Shown here piece after piece: positions 42,766-57,956 of a stretch of 64,000 nucleotides of DNA. The stretch is from a virus, in IMG/VR virus record IMGVR_UViG_3300043389_000001, positions 46,656-110,655 of that record. One strand, given 5' to 3'. How positions within the stretch are numbered: the stretch's first letter is position 1; each line of letters opens with the position of its first letter. The position numbers were made by a program, and so were the translations under genes. The notes beneath the pieces are model-generated. The model was given only the letters and a program-made list of their open reading frames with translations, was not told where the DNA came from and searched no databases.

Positions 42766-44427
42766 ATGGCCGCCGTCGTCGAACCGGACGAGGAGGAGAA
42801 GTACCTGCTGGCCATTCTGGACTCCCCCGACGGACTGGATCTGGCCGAGTTCTCCTGGTACGACTCCGAGTCCAGCGACGGCTGCTACCGGGCGTGGGAC
42901 TTCCAGTGGCCGTGGTACCTGTGCAACGACACCTTCCAGCTCGACCAGGGCGGACGAGCCCTGGGCAAATCCGTGGGCATCCGCATGCGCGCCGGAGCGT
43001 TCCCGTTCTACTACGAAGGCCAGTCCATGCTGGTGACCGCCCCGGAACTGAACCACCTGCGCCCCCTGACAGACATGATCGAAAAGGGCCTGCTCACCAC
43101 GCGGCTGATGCGCGAGATGCTCCCCGACGGCAAGGGCCGGGGCATCGCCCGACAGCCGCACTGGCAAGTCCGGTTCAAGAACGGCACCTCGATCGTGTCG
43201 CGCCTGCCCAACAAGGACGGCAAGGGCGTCAAGGGCCAGCACGTCATCAACATCGAACTCGATGAGGCCCAGGACTACCCGGCCGCCGGGTGGATCGAGA
43301 TCGTCGAGACCCTGAACGCGGGCCTGCCCGACGCCATGTGGCGCTGCCACGGCGTGTCCAAGGGTGTGCGGGACAAGTTCTTCGAGCGTTCCCAGCCGGA
43401 CTCGGGCTGGACCGTGCACCGGCCCATGGCCATGCACCGGCCCACATGGGGCGACGCCGAACGGCAGTCCAAGATCAAGGAGTACGGCGGCACCCGCCAG
43501 AACATCGACTACCGCCGCAACATCTACGGCGAGCACGGTGACGCCAGCAACTCGGTGTTCGTCCTGAGCCGGCTCATGTCGTGCGTGGACATCGACGAGG
43601 GATCGGTCTACAACCAAGAGGTGTACGCCCACGTCGCCATGGAGTTCGAGTCCTTCCCCGAGGGCGCCAGCGACGACGAGCGCCTGGCCCTCATGCACTC
43701 GTGGATCGACCTGCCCGGCTACCACCTGCACGGCTACAGCCAGAAGATCGGTGGCCGCGAAGTCGGCTCCCCCAAGGGCTACTCGGCCTACATCGCCGGC
43801 ATGGACGTCGGGGTCACCAACCACCCCTCCGAAATCCTCGTGTTCGGCCAGCGGATGGGAACCGACACCCTCGAACTCCTGACCCGCGTGCACATGCGCC
43901 GCATCAACACCGACGACCAGAAGCACGCCATCACCCGGTTGTTTGAGTTTTACGGCAAGAAGCTGACGTTCGGCATCGACAAGACCGGCGTGGGCTTCCC
44001 CGTCTGGGACCAGCTCACCCGCATGTCCTTCGGGGATCGCGTCTACGGCTTCGGCTTCAGCGAGAACCGGGTGGCCGCAATCGAGGACCGTCCGCTGGTC
44101 GGCACCGAAACCCTGCGCGATCTGGCCCTGTACAGAAACTTCGTCGAGTGCACCACCGACTGGCTGCGCAACGACTACGTCGACACCGGCAAGCTGCGCC
44201 TGCCGTACGACAAGGAGATCCTGATCGAGTTCCAGGGTCAGACCTACACGGTGGTGCGCGATAACGGCGGCCCCTACGGCACCCGTCGCAAGTTCGAGGG
44301 CGGTTCCTTCCACACCCTCGACGCCGCGAAGGTCGCCATCGGCACCAAGCGCATCCCGCCGCTGGAGATCATGCTCGAATCGCGCACCGAGCAGGAATCC
44401 GTGCTGGACATGTTCGTCGGATTCTGA
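42766..44427 (+). CDS. Terminase large subunit
   Basis: GGRALGKS Walker A-like, IELDEAQD Walker B, RuvC-like AGMDVG, C-terminal HTLDA; upstream of portal. Confidence 0.9.
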   Translation: MAAVVEPDEEEKYLLAILDSPDGLDLAEFSWYDSESSDGCYRAWDFQWPWYLCNDTFQLDQGGRALGKSVGIRMRAGAFPFYYEGQSMLVTAPELNHLRPLTDMIEKGLLTTRLMREMLPDGKGRGIARQPHWQVRFKNGTSIVSRLPNKDGKGVKGQHVINIELDEAQDYPAAGWIEIVETLNAGLPDAMWRCHGVSKGVRDKFFERSQPDSGWTVHRPMAMHRPTWGDAERQSKIKEYGGTRQNIDYRRNIYGEHGDASNSVFVLSRLMSCVDIDEGSVYNQEVYAHVAMEFESFPEGASDDERLALMHSWIDLPGYHLHGYSQKIGGREVGSPKGYSAYIAGMDVGVTNHPSEILVFGQRMGTDTLELLTRVHMRRINTDDQKHAITRLFEFYGKKLTFGIDKTGVGFPVWDQLTRMSFGDRVYGFGFSENRVAAIEDRPLVGTETLRDLALYRNFVECTTDWLRNDYVDTGKLRLPYDKEILIEFQGQTYTVVRDNGGPYGTRRKFEGGSFHTLDAAKVAIGTKRIPPLEIMLESRTEQESVLDMFVGF

Positions 44428-44436
44428 AGGACCCCC

Positions 44437-44670
44437 ATGATGATCATCGTCTTGGCCCTGACCGCCGACGTCGCCGAGCAGTGGGCGGCCGAACGCGGCC
44501 TGCCCCGCGCATCGTGGCGCTTCGCCCGCAGCCGCAGCGATCTGCTCGGCTACCGCGACATCACCCTGGGTTTCGCCTCCGGCCACGAATTGCATCCCGA
44601 GGCTGCCGAGATCCGCAAGGAGATCAACAACATCCGCAAGAAGGGCGGCGCCGTGCGGTTGCGGCGCTAA
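44437..44670 (+). CDS. Hypothetical protein
   Basis: GAAGGA RBS. Confidence 0.6.
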   Translation: MMIIVLALTADVAEQWAAERGLPRASWRFARSRSDLLGYRDITLGFASGHELHPEAAEIRKEINNIRKKGGAVRLRR

Positions 44671-44728
44671 CTGCACGCATTCTCAGGGAAAACTGCGTTC
44701 GTTGCGATAAATCGGCGAAGAACTCAGC

Positions 44729-45097
44729 ATGCGGTTCGAGGTCACCGGTTCCGAGTCCACCGGCTACGTGGACCATCTGATCCCCGATGTGGCAGCCGAG
44801 CTGTCATGGGGCGCTCTGCGCTCGCGTGAAGCGGTCGAGGACGAGATCGACACGATGCTCACGCACCTGCGCGACTTCTGGGCCAAGGAGCCTGACCACC
44901 GCATGAAGATGATCACCGCCATGACGGCGCGCTGCACCGAAATGTGCATCCACCTGCACCGTCTGGAAGGCAAGCGGGAGTGGCGGCAGATCCGCACCCA
45001 GCAGGTCGAGCGGCTCTTGGCCGAACTCGACCGGCAGTTCAAGATCGCCTCGCGTGAGGTCGAGATCCGCAGACAAGACCTGGAGCAGTCCCGCTGA
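44729..45097 (+). CDS. Hypothetical protein
   Basis: TGATG overlap with portal. Confidence 0.65.
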   Translation: MRFEVTGSESTGYVDHLIPDVAAELSWGALRSREAVEDEIDTMLTHLRDFWAKEPDHRMKMITAMTARCTEMCIHLHRLEGKREWRQIRTQQVERLLAELDRQFKIASREVEIRRQDLEQSR

Positions 45098-46839
45098 TGT
45101 CCTTCGAAGTCGAATCCGGCGGTGAACTGCTGGGACCCAACGGGCAACCGCTGGGCATCATGAACACCGTGTCGGTCTCCACCGGCACCATCGCCCGCGA
45201 CCCGCAGGTCCGTCAGCTCGCCCAGCAGTTGTCGAGCTGGGTGGAGACTGCCCGCTCCTACGGCTCCGGCCAAGCGAGCATGTTCGACCGGACCCTGTAC
45301 ACCCCGCCGGACTCTCCCTACGAGCGCATGCGCGTGGCCCAGCACGCCGTGGCCAACGACGACGTCATCTCCGGGATCGCTGATGCCACCGAGGCGCTGG
45401 CCTTTCACGGCGGCCTGAAGTGGGAGTCCTCCGACCCCAACGAAGCCGACCTGATGAACCAGCTCTCGGCCGACCTGAACCTCGATGACGTCATCCGCTC
45501 GATGTGGCGCGAGCTGTTCGCCGTCGACCAGTGCGTGGTGGCCAAGCTGTGGGACAGCAAGACCTACACCGCCCGGGGCGAGACCGAGAACGGCAACAAG
45601 AAGAAGAAGCGCTACGACGTCTTCGTCCCCACCCGCCTGACCGTGCTGGACTCCGCCCGCTGCGTGCCGATCGGGAACGGGCCGCTGCGTGAGGACCGGA
45701 TGGCGTGGCAGGCCACCGCCCACGAGGTCGATGACTGGAACTCCAACTACACCGCCACCGAACCCCTCGACCCGCTGATGACGGCGTTCTTCACCGGGCC
45801 CTATACCCCCGGCCAGGACGAGACGGCCGAGCTGACCGCGTGGCGGGTGCAGACCGATTCGCTGCTGGCGATGAACCCGGACTGGGTGTTCCGGCACACC
45901 GCCACCCGCCCGGACTACAAGAAGTTCCCCGACATCCGGATGCGCTCGGTGTTCCCGCTGCTGGACCTCAAGCGGCACCTGATCGCCTCCGACCGGGCCA
46001 GCCTCGTGGGTGCGGCCAACTACATCCTGCTGATCCGTAAGGGCTCGGACGAGCAGCCCGCCACTCAGGCCGAGATCGCGAACCTGCGGGCGGGTTACAA
46101 CTTCCTCGCGAAGCTGCCGGTGATCATCTCCGACCACCGGCTGGAGATCGACGTCATCGCCCCCAAGCTGGACTTCATCCTGCGCAAGGAGTCCTACGAG
46201 ACGCTCGACAACCGCATCCTGACCCGCACGCTGGCCACGTTCGCCCAGCCCGGGGTCACCGGCACCGCCGGGGCGGCCACGTTCTCCGACGTGCTGGCCG
46301 CCTCCATCCAGTCGCGCCGGCACATGATCAAGCGGACGCTGGAGAAGGAGATCGCCCGCGCGATCGTGGAGCACCCCCGCAACGAGGGCAAGTTCAAGAC
46401 CAAGCCCTCGCTGGTCTTCACCCCCCGCACCGTGGCCATCGGCACCGACCAGGCCGTGCTGTCGGCGCTGCTGGCGCTGCGGACCCAGCGCGAGATGAGC
46501 CGCGACACCATCCTCGAATACTTGGGCCTGGACGAGGCCACCGAGGCGCAGCGGCTGGAGCTGGAGGAGCAGATCTACGACGACATCTTCAAGACCGCCG
46601 TCCCCTACTCCTCGCCTGAGACCCAGCCCAATACCGGCGTGGGCGGGGCACCCAAGGCCGCCCCCGAGGAGGAGGAACCCCCGGCCGCACCGGCCCGGCG
46701 CACCCCCAACGGCACGGCCGAGTCACCGTCGGTCTCCGGGCGACGGGGAGGCCGGCCCGCCGGTGGCGGCAACTCCAGCCGCTCGCCTGCCAGCACGGCG
46801 GCACCGAAGACTCGTAATGGCAACAAGAGCACAAGCTGA
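45097..46839 (+). CDS. Portal protein
   Basis: 580 aa between terminase and protease; helical, IRKG..PA..EI clip-like region. Confidence 0.8.
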   Translation: MSFEVESGGELLGPNGQPLGIMNTVSVSTGTIARDPQVRQLAQQLSSWVETARSYGSGQASMFDRTLYTPPDSPYERMRVAQHAVANDDVISGIADATEALAFHGGLKWESSDPNEADLMNQLSADLNLDDVIRSMWRELFAVDQCVVAKLWDSKTYTARGETENGNKKKKRYDVFVPTRLTVLDSARCVPIGNGPLREDRMAWQATAHEVDDWNSNYTATEPLDPLMTAFFTGPYTPGQDETAELTAWRVQTDSLLAMNPDWVFRHTATRPDYKKFPDIRMRSVFPLLDLKRHLIASDRASLVGAANYILLIRKGSDEQPATQAEIANLRAGYNFLAKLPVIISDHRLEIDVIAPKLDFILRKESYETLDNRILTRTLATFAQPGVTGTAGAATFSDVLAASIQSRRHMIKRTLEKEIARAIVEHPRNEGKFKTKPSLVFTPRTVAIGTDQAVLSALLALRTQREMSRDTILEYLGLDEATEAQRLELEEQIYDDIFKTAVPYSSPETQPNTGVGGAPKAAPEEEEPPAAPARRTPNGTAESPSVSGRRGGRPAGGGNSSRSPASTAAPKTRNGNKSTS

Positions 46840-47810
46840 TGGGTGAGCCGATGATCGACGAACGCGAACTGGCCCTGCGCTGGGCACCGACCCTGCACTT
46901 GGCCGCTGCACGCGAACAACAGCCTTCCGTCAGCAATCAGGCGGTGGCCGACACTGCTCCGCGCATGGCGAACATCCCGGTCACCGCGATCCCCGACAGC
47001 CAGTCTCAGCCTCTGGTCGAGGGTGACTCCGTGGCGCGGGCCAAGGCGTTCGTCACCACACTGGGGCGGCGCACCTACATCACCGGACCGGCCGCCAGCA
47101 TGGGCGAGACCGCAGGCGGAGTGCGTCAGCCCACGGTCGAGGAGATCGCGGCCGACCCGATGCTGACGATCTCCGGCCGTTTCGTCGGCGGTGAGGAGCC
47201 CAACCGCAACAACGCCTTCTGGTCGGCCGGGGATCTGGAACTGTCCGCCGCGCGGGTGGCTAAGGGCCCCCTGAATTGGCTGCACGAGGCGAGGCACATC
47301 ATCGGCTCCATCACCAGCGCCGACTACGTGGCCGCTAGGACCCCCGAGGCAGCCGAGGAGGACGGCGCACCTTCGCAGCCGCACATCACCGCGACCGCCG
47401 GGATCTGGCGCTGGATCTACCCCGACGAGGCGTACGTGGTCCAGAACGCCTCGGACCAGAACATGCTCTGGTACTCCATGGAGTGCATCTCCGGGGAGGT
47501 TGCCTGCGCCGGAGAGGCCGGCTGCGGCAACACCACCACCTACGCCGCCTACCTCGCCGGGTCCGGCTGCGACCACATCCGTGAGCGCTCCACCGTCCGG
47601 CACTTCAAGAACCCCACGTTCCTCGGCGGGGCCGTCATCGTTCCCCCCGCCCGTCCCGGATGGGCCAACGCCGATGTCAAGGTCATGAAAACTGCTCAGG
47701 CGCTGGCGGAAACAGCTTTCGAGTCCGCTGGTCGCCCCGATATCCCCGCCTCCACGTGGGAGCAGATGATGGGCCAGCTCGTGCGCTTCGGCGGGAACAC
47801 CAGCGACTGA
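46839..47810 (+). CDS. Capsid maturation protease-like protein
   Basis: N.NN..., LNWLH, SMEC, F.GGAVI..PA motifs; synteny. Confidence 0.7.
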   Translation: MGEPMIDERELALRWAPTLHLAAAREQQPSVSNQAVADTAPRMANIPVTAIPDSQSQPLVEGDSVARAKAFVTTLGRRTYITGPAASMGETAGGVRQPTVEEIAADPMLTISGRFVGGEEPNRNNAFWSAGDLELSAARVAKGPLNWLHEARHIIGSITSADYVAARTPEAAEEDGAPSQPHITATAGIWRWIYPDEAYVVQNASDQNMLWYSMECISGEVACAGEAGCGNTTTYAAYLAGSGCDHIRERSTVRHFKNPTFLGGAVIVPPARPGWANADVKVMKTAQALAETAFESAGRPDIPASTWEQMMGQLVRFGGNTSD

Positions 47811-47841
47811 TCACAGCCCAGCAACACCAGTAGAAAGCATC

Positions 47842-47871
47842 TGGCGCGTCGGCAAACAAGCCGACGCGCCA
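47842..47871 (+). terminator. Hairpin between protease and scaffold genes
   Basis: 12-bp perfect stem, loop aaacaa. Confidence 0.5.
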
Positions 47872-48001
47872 CTGCTTTGTGCCCACGTTTGTTCATTTGT
47901 TTCTCCAGCACGGCGATTCCCCACTCGTCATGACAGTGCATCCCGCCCAGACACAAACGTCTTCGACGGGGGCAAACGTCAGCGAACAGGAGGAAGTTCA
48001 C

Positions 48002-48613
48002 GTGGCCGATGCTGCGCCGGCTCTGCCCGGTAATCACTACAGCGAGGCTCAGCACTTCTCTCTGGTGAAGTCTGCGGTCGAGCAGGAAACTGCCAAGGTC
48101 GCCGCAGAGAAGGCCGAGCTGGAGGCCAAGGTCGAGACCCTGGAGAGCGAAAAGGCCGCCACGGCGACCAAGCTGTCCGAGGCTGAGAACCGGATCGACC
48201 TCCTGGAAGCCGACAAGGCCACGGCCGAGCAGGCTGCCGAGGCTGCCAAGACCGAACTTGCCGACTTCAAGGCGCTCCTCGAAAAGAAGAAGGAAATCGA
48301 GGAGAAGAAGAAGTCCCGCAAGTCCAAGGTCGAGGCCGCCAACGCCGCGCTCGCCGAAGACTTCTTCACCGAAGAGAGAATCACCCGCTGGGCTGAGATG
48401 TCCGACGAAGCCTTCGAGGCGCTCGTCGAGGACATGACCGAGATGGCCAAGGCTCACGCCGCCGCCCCCGCGTCCACCAGCGAGACCAAGACCACCACCG
48501 AGGCTGCCCGCGAAACGGCAGCTTTCACCGGTGGCACCACCCCGACCGCCAGCGAGGGCACCTCCTCGCTCCGCCAGTTGTTCGGCCTCACCGCCGGCAT
48601 CCCGGTCGCCTGA
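48002..48613 (+). CDS. Scaffolding protein
   Basis: Long E/K/A coiled coil before capsid genes; AGGAGG RBS before GTG 48002. Confidence 0.75.
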   Translation: MADAAPALPGNHYSEAQHFSLVKSAVEQETAKVAAEKAELEAKVETLESEKAATATKLSEAENRIDLLEADKATAEQAAEAAKTELADFKALLEKKKEIEEKKKSRKSKVEAANAALAEDFFTEERITRWAEMSDEAFEALVEDMTEMAKAHAAAPASTSETKTTTEAARETAAFTGGTTPTASEGTSSLRQLFGLTAGIPVA

Positions 48614-48630
48614 GAGAGGAGGCACCATAA

Positions 48631-49167
48631 ATGGCTAGCGAATATGGCCTGAACTTCGGGTTCCGCCGCTCCGACGAGAGCATGCGGACTTCGGAAGGTC
48701 GCTTCCGCACCCCGGCAACCGGCGCGCCGCTACTGATCGGCACCGCCGTGCAGATCGACCCGGCCAAGCCCGGTTACGTGATGCCCAGCGCCGCCAACGC
48801 GCCGATTGTGCCCGGCGTCGCCGGGATTCTGCTGCAGGAAGAGCAGCACATCGGCTCGATCTACGGTCAGCCGGTCGAGACCTATGACAGCTTCAACTTC
48901 GGTGTCTGCAAGAAGAACACGCTGAGCGTGATCACCACCGGAGCCGGCGTCAAGGTCTGGTTCAAGAACACCACCGTCCAGAACCGCGTCGACGGCCGTG
49001 ACACCTCGGCCGTGACCATCGTGGACCTTTCCGGCGCCAACCTCGGCGACACGCTCGGCTGGGACGGCTCCAAGTGGGTCAAGACGACCACTGCGAGCGC
49101 GGCGTGGATGACCATCACGGCCATCAATACCGCGAACGCCTACTGCGAGGCGGTGCTGCTGAAGTGA
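48631..49167 (+). CDS. Capsid decoration/cement-like protein
   Basis: Small beta-rich protein directly upstream of MCP; AGGAGG RBS. Confidence 0.6.
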   Translation: MASEYGLNFGFRRSDESMRTSEGRFRTPATGAPLLIGTAVQIDPAKPGYVMPSAANAPIVPGVAGILLQEEQHIGSIYGQPVETYDSFNFGVCKKNTLSVITTGAGVKVWFKNTTVQNRVDGRDTSAVTIVDLSGANLGDTLGWDGSKWVKTTTASAAWMTITAINTANAYCEAVLLK

Positions 49168-50147
49168 CCAGTACTGCGAAGACTCTCATCGAGTCCAACA
49201 AGTCGGTCCTCGACCCGTGGGGTCGTAAGGCGAACGCGGCTGCTCTGGAGCAGCACAAGGCGCTGACCGAGAAGCTGAACCAGGAAGCCCGCGACAACTG
49301 GGACAACGAGCAGTGGCACCGTCAGGTCGCCGCCGACATCTCGTCCTCGATTGACTACGGCTTCACGTTCAACAACCTGTTCTCCGCCTACATCCAGACG
49401 GAGAACGTCGGCGAGTTCGACCGTGTGATCCTGCGTGAGCGTCGTGGCCTGAAGGTGTTCTACACCTCGCGCGGTGGCTACATCGACGAGTCGCAGATTC
49501 GCACGGAGCAGTGGGAGCTGCCCCGGGACACCATGGGTTTCCATGTCTCGGAGCACATCGACAAGCTGCGCGCGAACTTCGCCACGACCATCACCGACCT
49601 GACCACCCTGGGTCAGGCTCGGATGGAGGCCGAGGTCAACCGGCGTATCCTCACGCTGGCCCAGACCGCGATCCCCTCGACCAGCCCGTACTACGTCGCC
49701 ACCTCCGGCCTCTCGCAGACCGACCTGGACAGCTCCATCACCCAGGTCCGGGACGCGCTGCAGCCCAACGGTGTCGGCATCCCGCCGGTCACGATCATCG
49801 GGCGCGCCCAGATGATCGACAAGGTCGCCGACTTCCTGCCGCAGTTCTCCCCCGAGGCGAACGAGGAGATCCGCCAGCGCGGGTTCCTGGGTCGCTACAA
49901 GGGTGCTCAGGTCATCGTCCTGAACAACTACACGGACGAGGACGGCGCCGCCTACATCCCGGGCAACGAGATCTGGGTGTTCGGCGGCACCATGGGTAAG
50001 TTCGCGCTCTACGGTGGCACCATCACCAAGACGTGGGACGAGAACACGGTGGACTACCGGCACTACCGTGCCCGCCGCGACATCGGTGGTCTCATCAACC
50101 ACCCCGAGCAGGCGCGTCGCATCGTCGACTCGTCCGTTACCCGGTAG
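49164..50147 (+). CDS. Major capsid protein (HK97-fold by synteny)
   Basis: 327 aa, GFLGRYKGAQVIVL motif, followed by terminators. Confidence 0.85.
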   Translation: MTSTAKTLIESNKSVLDPWGRKANAAALEQHKALTEKLNQEARDNWDNEQWHRQVAADISSSIDYGFTFNNLFSAYIQTENVGEFDRVILRERRGLKVFYTSRGGYIDESQIRTEQWELPRDTMGFHVSEHIDKLRANFATTITDLTTLGQARMEAEVNRRILTLAQTAIPSTSPYYVATSGLSQTDLDSSITQVRDALQPNGVGIPPVTIIGRAQMIDKVADFLPQFSPEANEEIRQRGFLGRYKGAQVIVLNNYTDEDGAAYIPGNEIWVFGGTMGKFALYGGTITKTWDENTVDYRHYRARRDIGGLINHPEQARRIVDSSVTR

Positions 50148-50164
50148 GTAGCGACGCTCCACAG

Positions 50165-50206
50165 GGAGCCCGGCTCTTCGCCAGCGATGGTGAGGGCCGG
50201 GCTCTT
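50165..50206 (+). terminator. Hairpin terminator after MCP
   Basis: gagcccggc.../...gccgggctc followed by ttt. Confidence 0.55.
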
Positions 50207-50239
50207 TGGCGTTTAGAATCGTGGCGATGAGGTGGGGTG

Positions 50240-50284
50240 CACGAGGCCGGGCGGAGCAAGAACCGCCCGGCCTCGTGTGTTTTC
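50240..50284 (+). terminator. Second hairpin terminator after MCP
   Basis: 15-bp perfect stem followed by tgtttt. Confidence 0.65.
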
Positions 50285-50377
50285 GCCACCAGCGCGACGA
50301 GTGTGGCACAGCAAGCGGACTGGACCGAATTGGCTGGAACACCAGCACCATCGCTCTTGCAAGCAGGAGGAATCACC

Positions 50378-50914
50378 ATGAGCCGTCCCGTACCCACCGA
50401 TGACGACAAGGTCATCGAGACATGGGAATCCGTGGTCGCCGGCACCGTCTACGTGTGGACCTACGACCGCCGCGACGACAAGTACATCAAGCAGGCCGTC
50501 GGTGGGCGTTCGGCGTCCAAGCGGCTGCACATCAGCCGCGACGACCGTAAGTACAACCAGGAACTTGTGCCCCCGGAGAACCGCGAGCACGACCCGTTCA
50601 CCAACGGGGCGCTGCGGCTGAAGGACGCCGCCACCCGCGATGAATCCCTCGACATGCGCTACCACTTCACCGACGAGGATCTGAAGACGTTCTTCGAGAT
50701 CCGCGACGAGACGCTGTTCCAGGAGGCCATCGAGGCGGTGGAGTCCGAGCTGATCCTGCGCCGGCTGGAGGCGGTCGCCGAGAAGGACGGCACCAAGGCC
50801 CAGTACGAGATGGTCCGCGACCTCGTGCGCGAGCGGTACCCGATCGGCGGCACCCAGCGCACCGTGCGGGAGATGTTCGCCGAGAACGACCGCTCCCTCG
50901 CCGAGCGCCTGTGA
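50378..50914 (+). CDS. Hypothetical virion-associated protein
   Basis: AGGAGG RBS before ATG 50378. Confidence 0.75.
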   Translation: MSRPVPTDDDKVIETWESVVAGTVYVWTYDRRDDKYIKQAVGGRSASKRLHISRDDRKYNQELVPPENREHDPFTNGALRLKDAATRDESLDMRYHFTDEDLKTFFEIRDETLFQEAIEAVESELILRRLEAVAEKDGTKAQYEMVRDLVRERYPIGGTQRTVREMFAENDRSLAERL

Positions 50915-51195
50915 ACGCACCGGTCCCGATCCGGCTCATCCAGCGTTTCCAGTTGCCGCCCACAACGCGAATGCTGTGGCAGGCCCACAATCTGGCCAGC
51001 TACGAGTTCCCGCACGGGCACATCCGTGTCTCGCACGCCGGCAAGCGCGCGATCATGGACATGATGCCGCTGGTGGCGCCTGAGGGTCGCTCGATCACCA
51101 CGATGCTGGGCACCTCCATCGTGATCGACGAGGACGTGCCCGATGACGCCTTGGACGTGGCCGTGCAGGTGTGGGAGGGATACCCGCAGCCGTGA
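50911..51195 (+). CDS. Hypothetical protein
   Basis: GTGA overlap; LGxxIVIDEDVP motif. Confidence 0.6.
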   Translation: MNAPVPIRLIQRFQLPPTTRMLWQAHNLASYEFPHGHIRVSHAGKRAIMDMMPLVAPEGRSITTMLGTSIVIDEDVPDDALDVAVQVWEGYPQP

Positions 51196-51332
51196 AGATG
51201 ATCTACAACCATCTGCTGCGGTATCTGTTCGTGTGTTCCGTTCGCGGGCACCAGTTCATGTACTTCACGCCGAATGGAACCAAGGTGTGTCTGCGGTGCA
51301 CGGCGTTGTATCGTGGCGATGCAGCCCATTGA
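51192..51332 (+). CDS. 46-aa Cys/His peptide (CxxxGH...CxRC), below ORF-track cutoff
   Basis: GTGA overlap; MKMIYNHLLRYLFVCSVRGHQF...VCLRC. Confidence 0.45.
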   Translation: MKMIYNHLLRYLFVCSVRGHQFMYFTPNGTKVCLRCTALYRGDAAH

Positions 51333-51457
51333 CCATGGACGCGTGGGATGCAGCCGCCACCGGCCCCCCAACGGGGTAGAACTCCGACGGGGGGCCGGCG
51401 TGCTGATGGTCTGGACGCGAGCTGCGGTTGCCGCGCTCACAAGCCGATCGAGAATCC

Positions 51458-51949
51458 ATGCCCGCAGCAACGTATGACCTCTACATCGAGCAGGGAACCA
51501 CGTGTCGGTTCACTGGCACATACGCGCGCTACGACGGCACCATCAACGCCGACGGCTCGCAGCACATGGAGCCCTATGACCTGAGCGACTGCCAGATCCG
51601 CATGCAGATCCGCCAGCGCCCCGGTTCCCCCGTGCTCGCCTCGGCCACCACCCGCAACGGCGGCATCGTCATCGACCCCGACCCCACCACCGGCCGGTTC
51701 ACCGTGACGTTGACCGACGAGCTGACCGACACCTTCACCATCGGAAGAGCCCGCTGGGACTGCGAGGTTTCGTTCCCTTCCGGGGACGTCCTGCGCATCC
51801 TGCAGGGCAAGGTGACCATCAGCCCCAACATCACCATGGACGCCGACCGCGCCGACATCGCCACCGGTATCTCCCCGGTCAAGGACGTGGACGAGATGGA
51901 CGTGGACCTCGACACCGAGGTCCGCGACCAGCCCGGCACCGCTTACTGA
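51458..51949 (+). CDS. Ig-like structural protein (BppU-N-like fibre anchor)
   Basis: YDL.IEQG, YDLS...RMQIR, WD.EV....V.RILQGKV.I.P pattern. Confidence 0.65.
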   Translation: MPAATYDLYIEQGTTCRFTGTYARYDGTINADGSQHMEPYDLSDCQIRMQIRQRPGSPVLASATTRNGGIVIDPDPTTGRFTVTLTDELTDTFTIGRARWDCEVSFPSGDVLRILQGKVTISPNITMDADRADIATGISPVKDVDEMDVDLDTEVRDQPGTAY

Positions 51950-51978
51950 TCGCCCACCACCACCAAGGGGGTCAGGAC

Positions 51979-52503
51979 ATGGCGGTCGAGATCAACGGCG
52001 TCATCTACGACACCGATCCGGTCTCCGGAACCACCCGAAACAACCAGTCGGCCATCTATCTGGGCGAGGGCGGGCCACGCGGTGACCCCGGCGCCACCGG
52101 GGCGAGCGGACCCCAGGGAGCCACCGGCCCGGTCGGTGCGACCGGGGCCACGGGCGCCAGCGGGGCAACGGGTGCCACCGGGGCGACCGGGGCCACGGGC
52201 GCGAGCGGAGCAACCGGTGCCACTGGCGCTGAGGGCGTTTCGGCGTACCAACTGTGGCTGGAAGCCGGCAACACCGGCAGCCTCGACGACTTTCTGGCCA
52301 ACTTCCAGTCCGGCATCTACCGGCACGTGCAGATGACTCCCGCCAGTGTCTGGAACATCCATCACACACTGGGCCGCTACGCCGCCGTGACCGTTGTGGA
52401 CTCTGCCGGCTCCATGGTTGAGGGCGACGTTGCTTATGTTTCGACCTCGCAGGTGACGATCAGCTTCTCAGCCGCCTTCTCCGGAGAGGCGTATTTGACC
52501 TGA
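51979..52503 (+). CDS. Short collagen-like protein with conserved C-terminal domain
   Basis: G-X-Y run; H.Q..PA..W.I.H.LG...VTV.D...V.GDV. Confidence 0.8.
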   Translation: MAVEINGVIYDTDPVSGTTRNNQSAIYLGEGGPRGDPGATGASGPQGATGPVGATGATGASGATGATGATGATGASGATGATGAEGVSAYQLWLEAGNTGSLDDFLANFQSGIYRHVQMTPASVWNIHHTLGRYAAVTVVDSAGSMVEGDVAYVSTSQVTISFSAAFSGEAYLT

Positions 52504-52535
52504 TCTGATCTTGGCTTGAAGTTGAGGGGACTGGC

Positions 52536-57955
<5,420 letters not shown>

Positions 57956-57956
<1 letters not shown>

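Noticed and set aside
42766-44427. Intein or intron in terminase (also checked thyA)
   Set aside because: Lengths are normal; no C/S...HN splice motifs or homing-endonuclease motifs seen.
42661-50351. Long antisense ORFs (42661-44676, 44764-46374, 46605-47603, 49140-50351)
   Set aside because: They mirror terminase, portal, protease and MCP; expected artefact of high GC3 codon bias, with no motifs of their own.
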